Shown: piece by piece, positions 30,323-40,090 of the stretch
Numbering within the stretch: the first letter of the stretch is position 1
How the letters are laid out: each line of letters opens with the position of its first letter
DNA from: an uncultured bacterium
GTDB taxonomy: Bacteria > Omnitrophota > Omnitrophia > Omnitrophales > Aquincolibacteriaceae
DNA: 47,800 bases
Assembly (NCBI GenBank): GCA_964526065.1
Contig: CAZGID010000001.1
Coordinates: 1-47,800, forward strand
Direction of reading: 5' to 3'
Translations under genes and position numbers: made by a program
Notes under the pieces: generated by a model
What the model was told of the DNA's origin: nothing
The model's input: the letters and a program-made list of their open reading frames with translations, nothing else
Databases searched by the model: none

Positions 30323-31450
30323 TTATTTTCGTGCTTCCAGCGGCACGTAATGCTGGTTCTGCAATCCTGTGTAAGTAGCCGACGGACGAATCAAACGATT
30401 ATGCGACAACTGCTCAATCACATGAGCGGTCCATCCCGCCACCCGGCTTGCCGCAAATACCGTCGTAAAGAAATCGACCGGAAAACCCAAAATATAAAGT
30501 ACCGAAGCGGAAAAAAAGTCGACGTTACAGGGAATCTTTTTTTCCTCCCACATCACTTTTTCCACAATATTGGAAATATCCATCCACTGGGACTGTGAAC
30601 TTTTTTCGCACATCCGGGCAGCGATTTCCCGAAACGCCGTCGCCCGGGGGTCCTGTTTCTTGTAAACCCGGTGGCCGAATCCCATGACCTTCTCTTTTCG
30701 GGCCAGGAGATCTTTGACGTATCCTTCCGCCCGGGACGGGTCCTTGATATCCAGAATCATTTCCATGGCCCGTTGATTCGCGGAACCGTGTAAATCTCCT
30801 TTCAACGTCCCGACCGCCGCCGTAATGGCCGAATACATATCGGCCTGGGTCGAAACCGTCACGCGGGCAGAAAACGTCGAGGCATTCAGCCCGTGATCCG
30901 CGAGCAGGATCAGGTAGGCATCCAGCGCCTTTTCCATTTCCGGTTCCGGTTTGCTGCCATTCATCATGTAATAGAAATTGCCGGCATGGGACAGGCTCAT
31001 ATCCGGTGCAAGGGGTTCTTTTCCCTGGCGAAGACGGTGAAAAGCGGCAATAACGGTTGGAAGCGCTGCCGTCAGGCAAAGCGACTTGCGCTGATTGTTC
31101 TCAAGCGTGATGGAATCGGCATCCGAATCAAACAGCCCCATGACAGATACCAGGGTCCGCAAGACACCCATGGGATGGGCCGTCCGGGGAAAGGCTTTCA
31201 GCACTTCGAGGACTTCCGGGCGAACGGCCCGCCGGGCGGCCAGTTCTTTTTTTAGCTTCTCAAGCTCCGCGGCCTGCGGCAGGCGGCCATACCAAAGCAG
31301 GTAAACCGTTTCTTCAAAAGTAGAATTTTCAACAAGTTCATGGATCGGAATCCCGCGATAAAAAAGACGGCTGCCCTGGCCGTCCACAAGGCTTAATGCG
31401 GTTTCAGCCGCGATAACCCCTTCAAGTCCTGGCATGTATTGGGTTTGCAT
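30323..31450 (-). CDS. gltA: Citrate synthase (short, ~375-aa type)
   Basis: Catalytic-His motif GFGHRVYK, and LLADHGLNASTF. I prefer the ATG at 31450 (AGGAG SD 6 nt upstream) over the GTG at 31453 used by the track. Confidence 0.92.
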   Translation of the reverse strand: MQTQYMPGLEGVIAAETALSLVDGQGSRLFYRGIPIHELVENSTFEETVYLLWYGRLPQAAELEKLKKELAARRAVRPEVLEVLKAFPRTAHPMGVLRTLVSVMGLFDSDADSITLENNQRKSLCLTAALPTVIAAFHRLRQGKEPLAPDMSLSHAGNFYYMMNGSKPEPEMEKALDAYLILLADHGLNASTFSARVTVSTQADMYSAITAAVGTLKGDLHGSANQRAMEMILDIKDPSRAEGYVKDLLARKEKVMGFGHRVYKKQDPRATAFREIAARMCEKSSQSQWMDISNIVEKVMWEEKKIPCNVDFFSASVLYILGFPVDFFTTVFAASRVAGWTAHVIEQLSHNRLIRPSATYTGLQNQHYVPLEARK

Positions 31451-31490
31451 CACTCGCTCCTGTGCAGATATGGCATCTTATTTGCAGAGT

Positions 31491-31519
31491 ATTATATCGA
31501 ATCATTAAAAAATTCCTAC
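31491..31519 (-). promoter_or_regulatory. Weak internal promoter candidate upstream of gltA
   Basis: Consensus TATAAT on the minus strand (31496-31491), about 40 nt upstream of the gltA ATG, in an AT-rich 70-bp gap. The -35 region is poor (TAGGAA/GTAGGA). A second TATAAT sits at 31527-31522. Confidence 0.3.
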
Positions 31520-31523
31520 TTCA

Positions 31524-33152
31524 TTATACGGAAGCAGTCTTTCTCGAAACATCCGGTTCGGAAGCCGGACGGTCGCCGTTCCGGCCCGCCGGTGCCGCGG
31601 CCGGTTCGCGGTTGTAGGGGCCGAGTTCCTCGTGGTACGTCTGATCGGTGCTCAGATTCCACAGATCGTAACCTGCTCCCACGAGATTCCGTGCGGCATA
31701 AAGCCCCGAAAGAATCGCCCGGTCGCTGTTATCGTACCGGAACATCCCGCAGCGGCCGATCACTTCCAGATTTTCAAAGCCTGCCAGATATTTTTTCAGA
31801 ATCTCGATTTTGTCCTGGTATTCGCCTTCATAAACCGGATAAACGTTGGGGATACGAACAACGAACGCTTCGATCAAATCCGCACGGTTTGCCAGTGAAA
31901 CCTTTTCCAGCTCTTCCATCGCGAAGCGGATCATGTCCTGCGACGAAAGCTGCCATAACTCATCCCCTTCGGAAACAAAATATTCCAGCCCCAGCGTGGT
32001 CGTTGATAAATCGCGCACCATGTAATGGCTCCAGTTTTTGTAATTCTGTACGCGGCCGAGACGGACTTCGGGGCTGTGAATATAAATCCAGTTGTCGTCA
32101 AAAAGATGCGGCCGGTTCAAAACCACATTAACCACGATAAAACTCCGGAACTTCAAGCCCACCGCAGCTTCCAGCACCCGGGCGGGCGCCGCCGGAACCA
32201 GTTGCGTGATCAACCGCGTCAAGGGAATGCTTGAAACAAATTCATCCGCCGTCAGGGAGTGAAGCGCCGTTCCGCAGCGGATCTGAATTTCCTCCACCCG
32301 TCTGCGGTTATGCAAAACACTGATGACATCCGATTCCAGATAATAGCGGACGCCCTGTCTTTCCGTTTCGTTCTTCAGACGGTCACAAAAAAGCCCCGGT
32401 CCGTAAATCGGATACTGAAATGCTTTAACGAAACTGCGAACGCGGGGACTTTGATTGCCCATTAACGCATCGGTTACGGCCCGCCGGAGGGACATGCCGC
32501 GGATGCGCTGTACTGCCCAGTCGGAAGAAAGGTCCCGGCAGGAAATTCCCCATACTTTTTCGGTATAGGTTTTAAAAAAAATTTCATACAACCGCCGGCC
32601 AAAACGGTTGGTCACCCAGCCTTCAAAAGTTCTCTCATTGCCGCGGCGCTGCCACTGCGCCTTGAAATAACTGAACAGGCAAAGCAGCGCGTTCCACAAT
32701 CCCAGATTTTTCAGCACATTGAAAAGACGCAGCGGGTAGTCATAGAAACGATTGCGAAAATAAATGCGGGAGCGGCGGCGGACCGTCATCAAGTCATCCC
32801 CCAGCATATCCTGCCACAGCCGGTTGACTTCATCGGACTTTGAAAAAAAGCGGTGGCCGCCAATATCGAAATAATTGCCGTTGCGGCAGAGCGTGCGGCA
32901 AAGACCGCCGACGCGCTCCTGCTTTTCCACTACCGTGACATTGAATTTTTGACGCGCCGCTTCAAGGGCGCAGGCAAGACCAGCCGGACCGGCTCCAAAA
33001 ATGATGAGGGATCGTTTCCTAGGCGGCTTCATAAGTTCTGACTGGTGTGACAAATGACGAACGTCCGATAAAGATTGCGTCCGGCCGTTCGCAATCTCAG
33101 GGCTGGGCCGCGGGAATCCTGGCGAATCGCCCTGATTGATGTTCGCGGGCAT
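31524..33152 (-). CDS. FAD/NAD(P)-dependent oxidoreductase (amine-oxidase / desaturase-like fold)
   Basis: Dinucleotide-binding motif IIFGAGPAGLACALEAA...VVEKQERVGG. Low-complexity Pro/Ala tail. The longest form (542 aa) overlaps the upstream gene by 56 nt. The alternative ATG at 33032 (MKPPRKRSLIIFGAG) gives 502 aa. Confidence 0.7.
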   Translation of the reverse strand: MPANINQGDSPGFPRPSPEIANGRTQSLSDVRHLSHQSELMKPPRKRSLIIFGAGPAGLACALEAARQKFNVTVVEKQERVGGLCRTLCRNGNYFDIGGHRFFSKSDEVNRLWQDMLGDDLMTVRRRSRIYFRNRFYDYPLRLFNVLKNLGLWNALLCLFSYFKAQWQRRGNERTFEGWVTNRFGRRLYEIFFKTYTEKVWGISCRDLSSDWAVQRIRGMSLRRAVTDALMGNQSPRVRSFVKAFQYPIYGPGLFCDRLKNETERQGVRYYLESDVISVLHNRRRVEEIQIRCGTALHSLTADEFVSSIPLTRLITQLVPAAPARVLEAAVGLKFRSFIVVNVVLNRPHLFDDNWIYIHSPEVRLGRVQNYKNWSHYMVRDLSTTTLGLEYFVSEGDELWQLSSQDMIRFAMEELEKVSLANRADLIEAFVVRIPNVYPVYEGEYQDKIEILKKYLAGFENLEVIGRCGMFRYDNSDRAILSGLYAARNLVGAGYDLWNLSTDQTYHEELGPYNREPAAAPAGRNGDRPASEPDVSRKTASV

Positions 33153-33627
33153 AACGGACGTACCGCTGGGCCCATTTTTTCAGACCGGCGATCTCCTGAC
33201 GGGTCAGATGACGGACAAATTTTGCGGGCCGGCCGAAATAAAGCGCGCCGGATTTCAGCTTCTGATTATGCGTCACGAGGCTTCCGGCTCCCAGAATGGT
33301 GCCTTCACCGATCACGGCCCCATCCAGCACAATCGATCCGATTCCGATCAGCGATTGGTCTCGAACGGTACAGGCGTGCAAGGTGACCTGATGCCCGACC
33401 GTGACGTAATCGCCGACGCGGCAGCCCCGGTTCGTTTCCACATGAAGAAGACTTAAATCCTGAATATTGGTATAGCGGCCGACCCGGATGTCCTGGATAT
33501 CGCCGCGCATCACCACGCCCGGCCAAATACTGGAATAATCGCCGACCCGGACGCGGCCGATGAGACAGGCGGCGGGATCCAGATAAACCTGCTTTCCGAT
33601 TTTGGGAGTAAGCTGCCGCTGCGGCAT
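33097..33627 (-). CDS. Gamma-class carbonic anhydrase family / hexapeptide-repeat (LbH) protein
   Basis: 176 aa. VYLDPAACLIGRVRVGDYSSIWPGVVMRGD followed by hexapeptide repeats, as in the YrdA/PaaY/CamH-like family. Confidence 0.8.
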   Translation of the reverse strand: MPQRQLTPKIGKQVYLDPAACLIGRVRVGDYSSIWPGVVMRGDIQDIRVGRYTNIQDLSLLHVETNRGCRVGDYVTVGHQVTLHACTVRDQSLIGIGSIVLDGAVIGEGTILGAGSLVTHNQKLKSGALYFGRPAKFVRHLTRQEIAGLKKWAQRYVRYAREHQSGRFARIPAAQP

Positions 33628-33629
33628 GA

Positions 33630-36320
33630 TCAGCTTTTGAGCAGCTGGCGCAGAACGTATTGAAGAATGCCGCCGTGGCGGTAATATTCGAGCTCTACCG
33701 GCGTGTCGATACGCGAGACCACTTCAAAAGACTTGTTTCCGCCTTCACCGCGAACCTGACAAGTTAATCGAGAGCCCGGTTTCATGGCCGTTAAACCTTC
33801 TATGGAATAACTCTCATCGCCTTTCAAGCCCAGGCTTTCACGATTCTGCCCGGGCAGGAATTCCAGCGGAAGAATTCCCATTCCAATCAAATTACTGCGG
33901 TGAATGCGCTCATAGCTTTCGGCAATCACGGCTCGAATTCCGAGCAGCGCCGGACCCTTGGCCGCCCAGTCGCGGGAGGAACCGGAACCATATTCTTTTC
34001 CGGCCAGAACCAGGGTCGGTACGTTTTCCTTCTGGTACTGCATGGCCGCTTCATAAATACTGGTCTGTTTGCCGTCCGGCAGATGGCGCGTCCAGCCGCC
34101 TTCCGTTCCCGGCGCCAGCAGATTGCGCAGGCGGATGTTTCCGAAAGTGCCGCGCACCATGACCTCGTGATTACCGCGGCGGGAGCCATAGGAATTGAAA
34201 TCCTTCACATCCACACCGTGCTGAATCAGGTACTTGGCCGCGGGACTGTCCTTGGCAATGGAACCGGCCGGCGAGATGTGGTCGGTCGTTACCGAATCTC
34301 CCAGCATCACCAGCACCCGCGCCTCGCGGATATCCTGAACCGCTGCGGGATCCGCTTTCATCCCTTCAAAGAAGACAGGCTTTTTTACATAGGTCGACTT
34401 TTCATCCCAGACAAACGTGTCGCCGGAAGGAATTTTCAAAGCCTGCCATTCCGGATCGCCTTGAAATACATTCGCATACCGGCTGCGGAACATTTCCGCC
34501 TGAATTCCCGCCATCGCTTTGCGCAGCTCCTCCTGCGTCGGCCAGAGATCTTTCAGATAGACTGGATCGCCGTTGCGGTCTTTTCCAAGCGGGTCCCGCG
34601 TCAGATCCAGATCCATGGTTCCGGCCAGCGCATAAGCTACGACCAGCGGCGGCGAAGCCAGATAATTGGCTTTGACCTGCGGATTGATGCGGCCTTCAAA
34701 ATTGCGGTTGCCGGAGAGAACCGATACCGCCACCAGATCACTTTCCTTCACCGCTTCCGATACCGGTTCCGGCAAAGGCCCCGAGTTTCCAATGCAAGTG
34801 GTGCAGCCATAGCCCACCAGATGAAACCGGAGTTTTTCCAGATAGGAAATCAAACCGGCGGCTTTCAAGTAATCCATCACCACCTGGGAACCCGGTGCCA
34901 GGCTGGTTTTCACCCAGGGCCGGGTTTCCAGCCCCCGCTCGACCGCCTTTTTGGCCAGCAATCCGGCGCCGATCATCACCGCCGGATTCGAGGTATTCGT
35001 ACAGCTGGTAATGGCCGCAATCACCACAGAACCATGAGTCAAATGATAAGTCTCGGTTCCGATCTTCACCGGGGCTTCGGCGACCAGGGTGCCGGTGGAT
35101 TTGCCTCCCCCGGCTGCCGGCGCCATGTCTCCCAGCACCTTGCGGAACTGGTCGCGTGCCGCACCAAGCGCCACGCGGTCCTGCGGCCGTTTGGGACCTG
35201 CAAGGCTCGGTTCCACCTGACTCAACTCCAGTTCCAGCAAATCCGAATATTCCGGTTCCGGCGAGTCCGAGGTTCGAAACAGTTTTTGCGCTTTCAGATA
35301 CGCTTCCACCAGTTTCACCTGATGTTCATCACGGCCGGTCAAACGCATGTAGCGCAAGGTTTCCTGGTCCACCGGGAAAAATCCCATGGTGGCGCCGTAT
35401 TCGGGAGCCATGTTGGCAATGGTGGCCCGATCAGCGAGCGTCAGGTTTTCCAGGCCGGGCCCGAAAAACTCGACAAACTTACCGACAACGCCTTTTTTGC
35501 GCAGCATTTGTGTCACCATCAAAACAAGATCCGTCGCGGTGGCCCCTTCCGGAAGTTTCCCGTTCAGCCGGAAACCCACCACTTGAGGAATCAGCATGGA
35601 AACCGGCTGCCCAAGCATCGCGGCTTCGGCTTCAATGCCGCCGACACCCCAGCCAAGAACACCCAGGCCATTGATCATCGTGGTGTGCGAGTCGGTTCCG
35701 ACCAGCGTATCGGGATAAATCACAACCGCATCTTTTTCCTTGCGGCTCATCACGACATGCGCCAGATATTCCAGATTCACCTGATGCACAATACCGGTTC
35801 CGGGAGGAACGACACGAAAATTATGAAAAGCCTGCTGCCCCCAGCGCAAAAACTGGTAACGCTCATGGTTGCGTTCATATTCGCGGCCGACATTCGCCCG
35901 AAAGGCCTCGGCAGAGCCAAACGCATCGACCTGCACAGAATGGTCGATCACCAGATCCACGGGCTCGAGCGGATTGATCTTTTTGGCATCGCCGCCCATG
36001 GCGGTAATCTGATCGCGCATCGCCGCCAGATCCACGACCGCCGGCACCCCGGTAAAATCCTGAAGCACCACACGCGCCGGCGCAAAACTGATTTCGCGGT
36101 CCGGCTTGCGCTTGGGGTCCCACTTCGCCACCGCCTCGATATCTTCACGTGAAGCCGTGCGGTCATCCTGACGCAGCAGATTTTCCAGCAAAATGCGGAT
36201 GGAATAGGGCAGACGGCCAAGCGGACCCAGGCCGGCCTTTTCGAGAGTTTCCAGGGAATAAAACTGATAGTCCCGGCCGTCAACCTGCAGACGGGAGCGG
36301 GATTTCAAAGCATCGGGCAT
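33630..36320 (-). CDS. acnA: Aconitate hydratase A
   Basis: 896 aa. Fe-S ligand motifs [10 protein letters not shown] and [13 protein letters not shown]-terminal swivel domain. Confidence 0.95.
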   Translation of the reverse strand: MPDALKSRSRLQVDGRDYQFYSLETLEKAGLGPLGRLPYSIRILLENLLRQDDRTASREDIEAVAKWDPKRKPDREISFAPARVVLQDFTGVPAVVDLAAMRDQITAMGGDAKKINPLEPVDLVIDHSVQVDAFGSAEAFRANVGREYERNHERYQFLRWGQQAFHNFRVVPPGTGIVHQVNLEYLAHVVMSRKEKDAVVIYPDTLVGTDSHTTMINGLGVLGWGVGGIEAEAAMLGQPVSMLIPQVVGFRLNGKLPEGATATDLVLMVTQMLRKKGVVGKFVEFFGPGLENLTLADRATIANMAPEYGATMGFFPVDQETLRYMRLTGRDEHQVKLVEAYLKAQKLFRTSDSPEPEYSDLLELELSQVEPSLAGPKRPQDRVALGAARDQFRKVLGDMAPAAGGGKSTGTLVAEAPVKIGTETYHLTHGSVVIAAITSCTNTSNPAVMIGAGLLAKKAVERGLETRPWVKTSLAPGSQVVMDYLKAAGLISYLEKLRFHLVGYGCTTCIGNSGPLPEPVSEAVKESDLVAVSVLSGNRNFEGRINPQVKANYLASPPLVVAYALAGTMDLDLTRDPLGKDRNGDPVYLKDLWPTQEELRKAMAGIQAEMFRSRYANVFQGDPEWQALKIPSGDTFVWDEKSTYVKKPVFFEGMKADPAAVQDIREARVLVMLGDSVTTDHISPAGSIAKDSPAAKYLIQHGVDVKDFNSYGSRRGNHEVMVRGTFGNIRLRNLLAPGTEGGWTRHLPDGKQTSIYEAAMQYQKENVPTLVLAGKEYGSGSSRDWAAKGPALLGIRAVIAESYERIHRSNLIGMGILPLEFLPGQNRESLGLKGDESYSIEGLTAMKPGSRLTCQVRGEGGNKSFEVVSRIDTPVELEYYRHGGILQYVLRQLLKS

Positions 36321-36344
36321 ACGATTTCCAAACGAGGTTAAAAA

Positions 36345-37280
36345 TCAGGCGTTTTGCAGTTTTAATTTAGCGCAGTTTTCTCGGACATGTTCCGCCGAAG
36401 CTTCCAACGCTTCCTTTTCTTCCGGCGTCAAATCCAGTTCCACGACTTCGGCCACACCCTGCTTGCCGATCCGGGCCGGAACGCCGCAGTACACATCCCG
36501 CAGACCGTACTGCCCTTCCAGATAGACGCAGGAAGGAATGACTTCATGACGGTCTTCGATAATGGAACGCACCATGCGCGTAACCGAAGCGGAAGGCGCA
36601 TAAAAGGCACTTCCGGTCTTCAAATACTTCACAATTTCCGCTCCGCCGTCCCGCGTGCGCTGGTTAATGGCTTCGATCTTGTCCTGGGGCAGCAGCTCCG
36701 AAACCGGCGTGCCTTTTACCGTCGTATATCTCGGCACGGGAACCATCTGATCGCCGTGGCCGCCAAGCACCATCGCGTGCACATCCCGCGGCGCACACTG
36801 CAGTTCTTCGGCAATAAAGTAAGCACAGCGGGCTGAATCCAGTTCACCGGCCATTCCGATCACGCGCGTATGTTTAAAACCTGAACGCTTCCAGGCCAGA
36901 TACGTCATGACGTCAAGCGGATTGGTCACGATGAGAAGAATCGCTTCCGGAGAATACCGCACGCACTGATCCACGATTCCGGAAATAATTTCCGTATTTT
37001 TCATTAACAGATCATCGCGGCTCATGCCGGGCTTGCGTGCCAGGCCGGCCGTAATCACAACCACTTCGGAACCGGCCGTGTCCGCATAATCATTGGTGCC
37101 TTTAATGGAAGTCGTGAAACCCTCGATCGGCGCTGATTCCATCATATCCAGCGCCTTCCCCTGCGGCAGGCCTTCGACAATATCAATCAACACCACATCG
37201 GCAATTTCTTTTTCTACAATCCGCTGAGCCGTGGTGGCTCCAACAAATCCCGCCCCAACAACCGTCACCTTCGGTTTCAT
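36345..37280 (-). CDS. mdh: Malate dehydrogenase (LDH-like family)
   Basis: 311 aa. VVGAGFVG, the substrate-specificity Arg in [11 protein letters not shown], and the catalytic LGGHGD. Confidence 0.92.
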   Translation of the reverse strand: MKPKVTVVGAGFVGATTAQRIVEKEIADVVLIDIVEGLPQGKALDMMESAPIEGFTTSIKGTNDYADTAGSEVVVITAGLARKPGMSRDDLLMKNTEIISGIVDQCVRYSPEAILLIVTNPLDVMTYLAWKRSGFKHTRVIGMAGELDSARCAYFIAEELQCAPRDVHAMVLGGHGDQMVPVPRYTTVKGTPVSELLPQDKIEAINQRTRDGGAEIVKYLKTGSAFYAPSASVTRMVRSIIEDRHEVIPSCVYLEGQYGLRDVYCGVPARIGKQGVAEVVELDLTPEEKEALEASAEHVRENCAKLKLQNA

Positions 37281-38380
37281 TTTGCACTCCCTGCCAGCTT
37301 TTTCATTTTTTCGATAATCGCCTGGCCCATTTCGCGAGTCCCGACGATATTGGGATCATCCCGGTTTTCTTTCATGTCATAGGTAACCGACTTGCCTTCG
37401 CGGATGACTTCCGCCACAGCCGTCTCCAGCCGGTCCGCCGCTTCGGTTTCATTCAAATGCCGCAGCATGAGAACGCCGGAAAGAATCATGGCCGTCGGGT
37501 TGACCTTATTCTGTCCCTTGTATTTCGGCGCCGAACCATGCGTCGCTTCAAAAAGCGCCCCGTTGGTGCCGATATTGGCACCCGGCGCTACGCCGAGCCC
37601 GCCGATCAATCCCGCCGCAAGGTCGGAAACAATGTCGCCGTACAAATTGGGTAGCACCAGCACATCGTATTTTTCCGGCCACTGCACCAGCTGCATGCAC
37701 ATGTTGTCGACAATGCGGTCCTCGAATTCGATATCCGAATATTTCTTGGCCACTTCGCGCGCGACTTCCAGAAAAAGGCCATCGGAAAACTTCATGATAT
37801 TGGCCTTGTGCACTGCCGTGACTTTTTTACGACCGTACTTGCGGGCATAATCAAAAGCAAACCGCACAATGCGCTCGGTACCAAAAACCGAAATGGGCTT
37901 AATGCTGACGCCGGAATCATCCCGGATTTTGCGGTCGGAACGCTCATTGATGTAACCGATCAAATCTTTAACTTCAGGCGTTCCCTTTTTGAACTCAATC
38001 CCCGCGTAAAGATCTTCCGTGTTTTCACGGACGATGACCAAATCAATGTCTTTATAAGGCGTCCGGACGCCGGGATACGTTTTGCAGGGGCGGACACAGG
38101 CGTATAAATCCAGTTCCTTGCGGAGGGCCACATTGACCGAACGAAAACCGGTTCCGACCGGGGTGGTAATCGGGGCTTTAATCGCAATCGAATTTTTGCG
38201 GATCGAAGCCAGCACGCGGTCCGGCAGCGGGGTGCCTTCTTTTTCCATAATATCGATGCCGGCCGACTGGATATCCCATTGAATATCCAGCCCGGTTGCG
38301 TCGATGCAGGCTTTGGTCACTTCCGCCAGTTCCGGGCCCACGCCGTCTCCGGGGATCAATGTAATCGTATATTTACCCAT
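37277..38380 (-). CDS. icd: Isocitrate dehydrogenase (isocitrate/isopropylmalate dehydrogenase family)
   Basis: 367 aa. [20 protein letters not shown] closely parallels the IDH substrate-binding motif SLNVALRQELDLYICLRP. Also [13 protein letters not shown] gene context. Cofactor specificity is not determinable by eye. Confidence 0.85.
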   Translation of the reverse strand: MGKYTITLIPGDGVGPELAEVTKACIDATGLDIQWDIQSAGIDIMEKEGTPLPDRVLASIRKNSIAIKAPITTPVGTGFRSVNVALRKELDLYACVRPCKTYPGVRTPYKDIDLVIVRENTEDLYAGIEFKKGTPEVKDLIGYINERSDRKIRDDSGVSIKPISVFGTERIVRFAFDYARKYGRKKVTAVHKANIMKFSDGLFLEVAREVAKKYSDIEFEDRIVDNMCMQLVQWPEKYDVLVLPNLYGDIVSDLAAGLIGGLGVAPGANIGTNGALFEATHGSAPKYKGQNKVNPTAMILSGVLMLRHLNETEAADRLETAVAEVIREGKSVTYDMKENRDDPNIVGTREMGQAIIEKMKKLAGSAK

Positions 38381-38463
38381 GTCTCACCACCTGTCTTTCC
38401 AAGGGTTTACGGCCTGTGCTTGACTTTCTTTAAGGCCGCTGATAAATAGAAGGCCTTTATCCA

Positions 38464-39276
38464 ATGAAGGGATTATTGTATATGAATCAGGACCCAATTG
38501 AAAAGACTCTCTTTGAAGCCCTTGAAAAGGCCGGAAACCTGCTGCGCGAGGCGCTGCCCCGCCGGGCCGGTTTTGAGCGCAAGAGCGAACTGAGCCTGGT
38601 GACCGAAACCGACCGCCAGGCCGAAAAAGTGATCATTGAAACCATATTCCGTTCCTTCCCCAATCATGCCATTCTGGCCGAGGAATCGCTGGGCCAGGGA
38701 AATTCTCCCAAACGCTGGATCATTGATCCGCTCGACGGCACGACGAACTTTGCCCACACCTATCCGGTTGCCTGCGTGTCGATCGCCTATGAGGAGAACG
38801 GCGTGCTGGAATATGGCGGTGTTTTTGATCCGTTCCGCCAGGAGCTTTTCTATGGCCGGCGCGGCAAGGGCGCCTTTCTCAACGGGCATCCGCTCCGAGT
38901 CTCGGAAAACAGCCGGCTGGCGGACTCGCTTCTCGCCACCGGATTTCCCTATGACCGCAAAAAGAACATCGATTCCTATGTCGGCATCCTGCGGGATTTC
39001 CTCATGCACATCCATGGCGTCCGCCGCACCGGGTCGGCTGCAACGGATATCTGTTATGTGGCCTGCGGCCGTTTCGACGGCTATTGGGAAGCCAAATTGA
39101 ACCCCTGGGACGTGGCCGCCGCAGCCTTGATATTAATGGAAGCCGGCGGCCATCTTACGGATTATGCCGGCGGAGCGTTTTCAGTGGATGCGCGCCAGAC
39201 GGTGGCCTCAAACGGAAAAATTCATGCGGAGATGCTGGAAGTCCTGAAACCGCACCGGAAGGTCGGCCTGGATTAA
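38464..39276 (+). CDS. suhB: Inositol monophosphatase family protein
   Basis: About 264-270 aa. Motifs LAEES, WIIDPLDGTTNF, WDVAAA. The start is ATG 38464 or 38482. It is the only plus-strand gene within about 22 kb of minus-strand genes. Confidence 0.88.
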   Translation: MKGLLYMNQDPIEKTLFEALEKAGNLLREALPRRAGFERKSELSLVTETDRQAEKVIIETIFRSFPNHAILAEESLGQGNSPKRWIIDPLDGTTNFAHTYPVACVSIAYEENGVLEYGGVFDPFRQELFYGRRGKGAFLNGHPLRVSENSRLADSLLATGFPYDRKKNIDSYVGILRDFLMHIHGVRRTGSAATDICYVACGRFDGYWEAKLNPWDVAAAALILMEAGGHLTDYAGGAFSVDARQTVASNGKIHAEMLEVLKPHRKVGLD

Positions 39277-40061
39277 GAGGTCTGAAGCGACTGCAGGAAC
39301 TGAACCGGCTTTTCCCAGAAATCCTCTCCCGCTGCATACGGAAGATCATTATGCCCGCCGCCCGGAATGGAAAAGAAACCTTTCGGCTCCGGCGCCAGTT
39401 CAAAAAGCTTTTCGCCCATCGCATAAGCGCAGGTTTCATCCTGCGTGCCGTGAATGAAATAAACCGGCGCTTTTACGGCACTGATATATTCAATATTGGG
39501 AAATCGAAAATCTCCGAGCATTTGATCGGCGAGAAAAGACGGAATGGCCGCATAGTGCAGCCCCGCCAGATCGGCAAAGGAAGTAAACGGCGCCTCGAGC
39601 AGAACCGCGGCGACACGCCGCTCCGCCGCCAGGCGGATCGCAGGATATGTTCCGAGCGATTCGCCGTATACAAATAGACGCTCGGGCGGCTGCTGCTTCT
39701 TCTCCGTCAGCCAGAGGTAAGCAGCTTCGGCATCGCGCAAAATATCCTGACCCGACTGAAGGCTTCCCTCGCTACGGCCGTAACCCCGGTAATCGAGAAG
39801 AAAAACCGAAAATCCGCGGCGCACCCAGCCGGCCGCTTTTTCCAGACGCCCCGAAATATTGCCGGCATTTCCGTGGAAAAACAGCAAGGCGCCTTGCGGC
39901 TTCTCCGCCTCAAACCACCAGCCGTGAATTTTGACGCCGTCGACCGTCTTCAAAAAGACGTCTTCGGCTTGAAGCCCGTAGCTCTCCGGCTTCTCATAGT
40001 ACGTCTTATCAGGAAAGAAAATCATGGAAGTGATCATGAGATTAAATATCCAGCGCAGCAT
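39273..40061 (-). CDS. Alpha/beta hydrolase with N-terminal membrane anchor (BEM46/ABHD13-like)
   Basis: 262 aa. Hydrophobic N-terminus WIFNLMITSMIFF, oxyanion FFHGNAGN, nucleophile elbow YGESLG, and late HG/GGGHND. It lies 29 nt downstream of the giant ORF. Confidence 0.8.
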   Translation of the reverse strand: MLRWIFNLMITSMIFFPDKTYYEKPESYGLQAEDVFLKTVDGVKIHGWWFEAEKPQGALLFFHGNAGNISGRLEKAAGWVRRGFSVFLLDYRGYGRSEGSLQSGQDILRDAEAAYLWLTEKKQQPPERLFVYGESLGTYPAIRLAAERRVAAVLLEAPFTSFADLAGLHYAAIPSFLADQMLGDFRFPNIEYISAVKAPVYFIHGTQDETCAYAMGEKLFELAPEPKGFFSIPGGGHNDLPYAAGEDFWEKPVQFLQSLQTS

Positions 40062-40090
40062 AATGGATGCACCAGTTTAACATAAAGCGG

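Noticed and set aside
33033-33152. The first 40 codons of the FAD oxidoreductase ORF.
   Set aside because: This is not rejected outright, but it is doubtful. The segment overlaps the gamma-CA gene by 56 nt and precedes the dinucleotide-binding motif by an unusually long polar stretch. The ATG at 33032 gives a conventional N-terminus. Neither start has a clear SD, so the longer coordinates are reported with this caveat.
33900-36152. A 750-aa plus-strand ORF entirely antisense to acnA.
   Set aside because: Its codons are exactly in register with the acnA codons (33900 and 33630 are both divisible by 3). Antisense stops can therefore arise only from sense TTA, CTA or TCA codons, which this gene appears to avoid. 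The translation is low-complexity and R/G/H/P-rich with no motif, whereas the acnA strand has unmistakable Fe-S motifs. It is a shadow ORF produced by codon bias.
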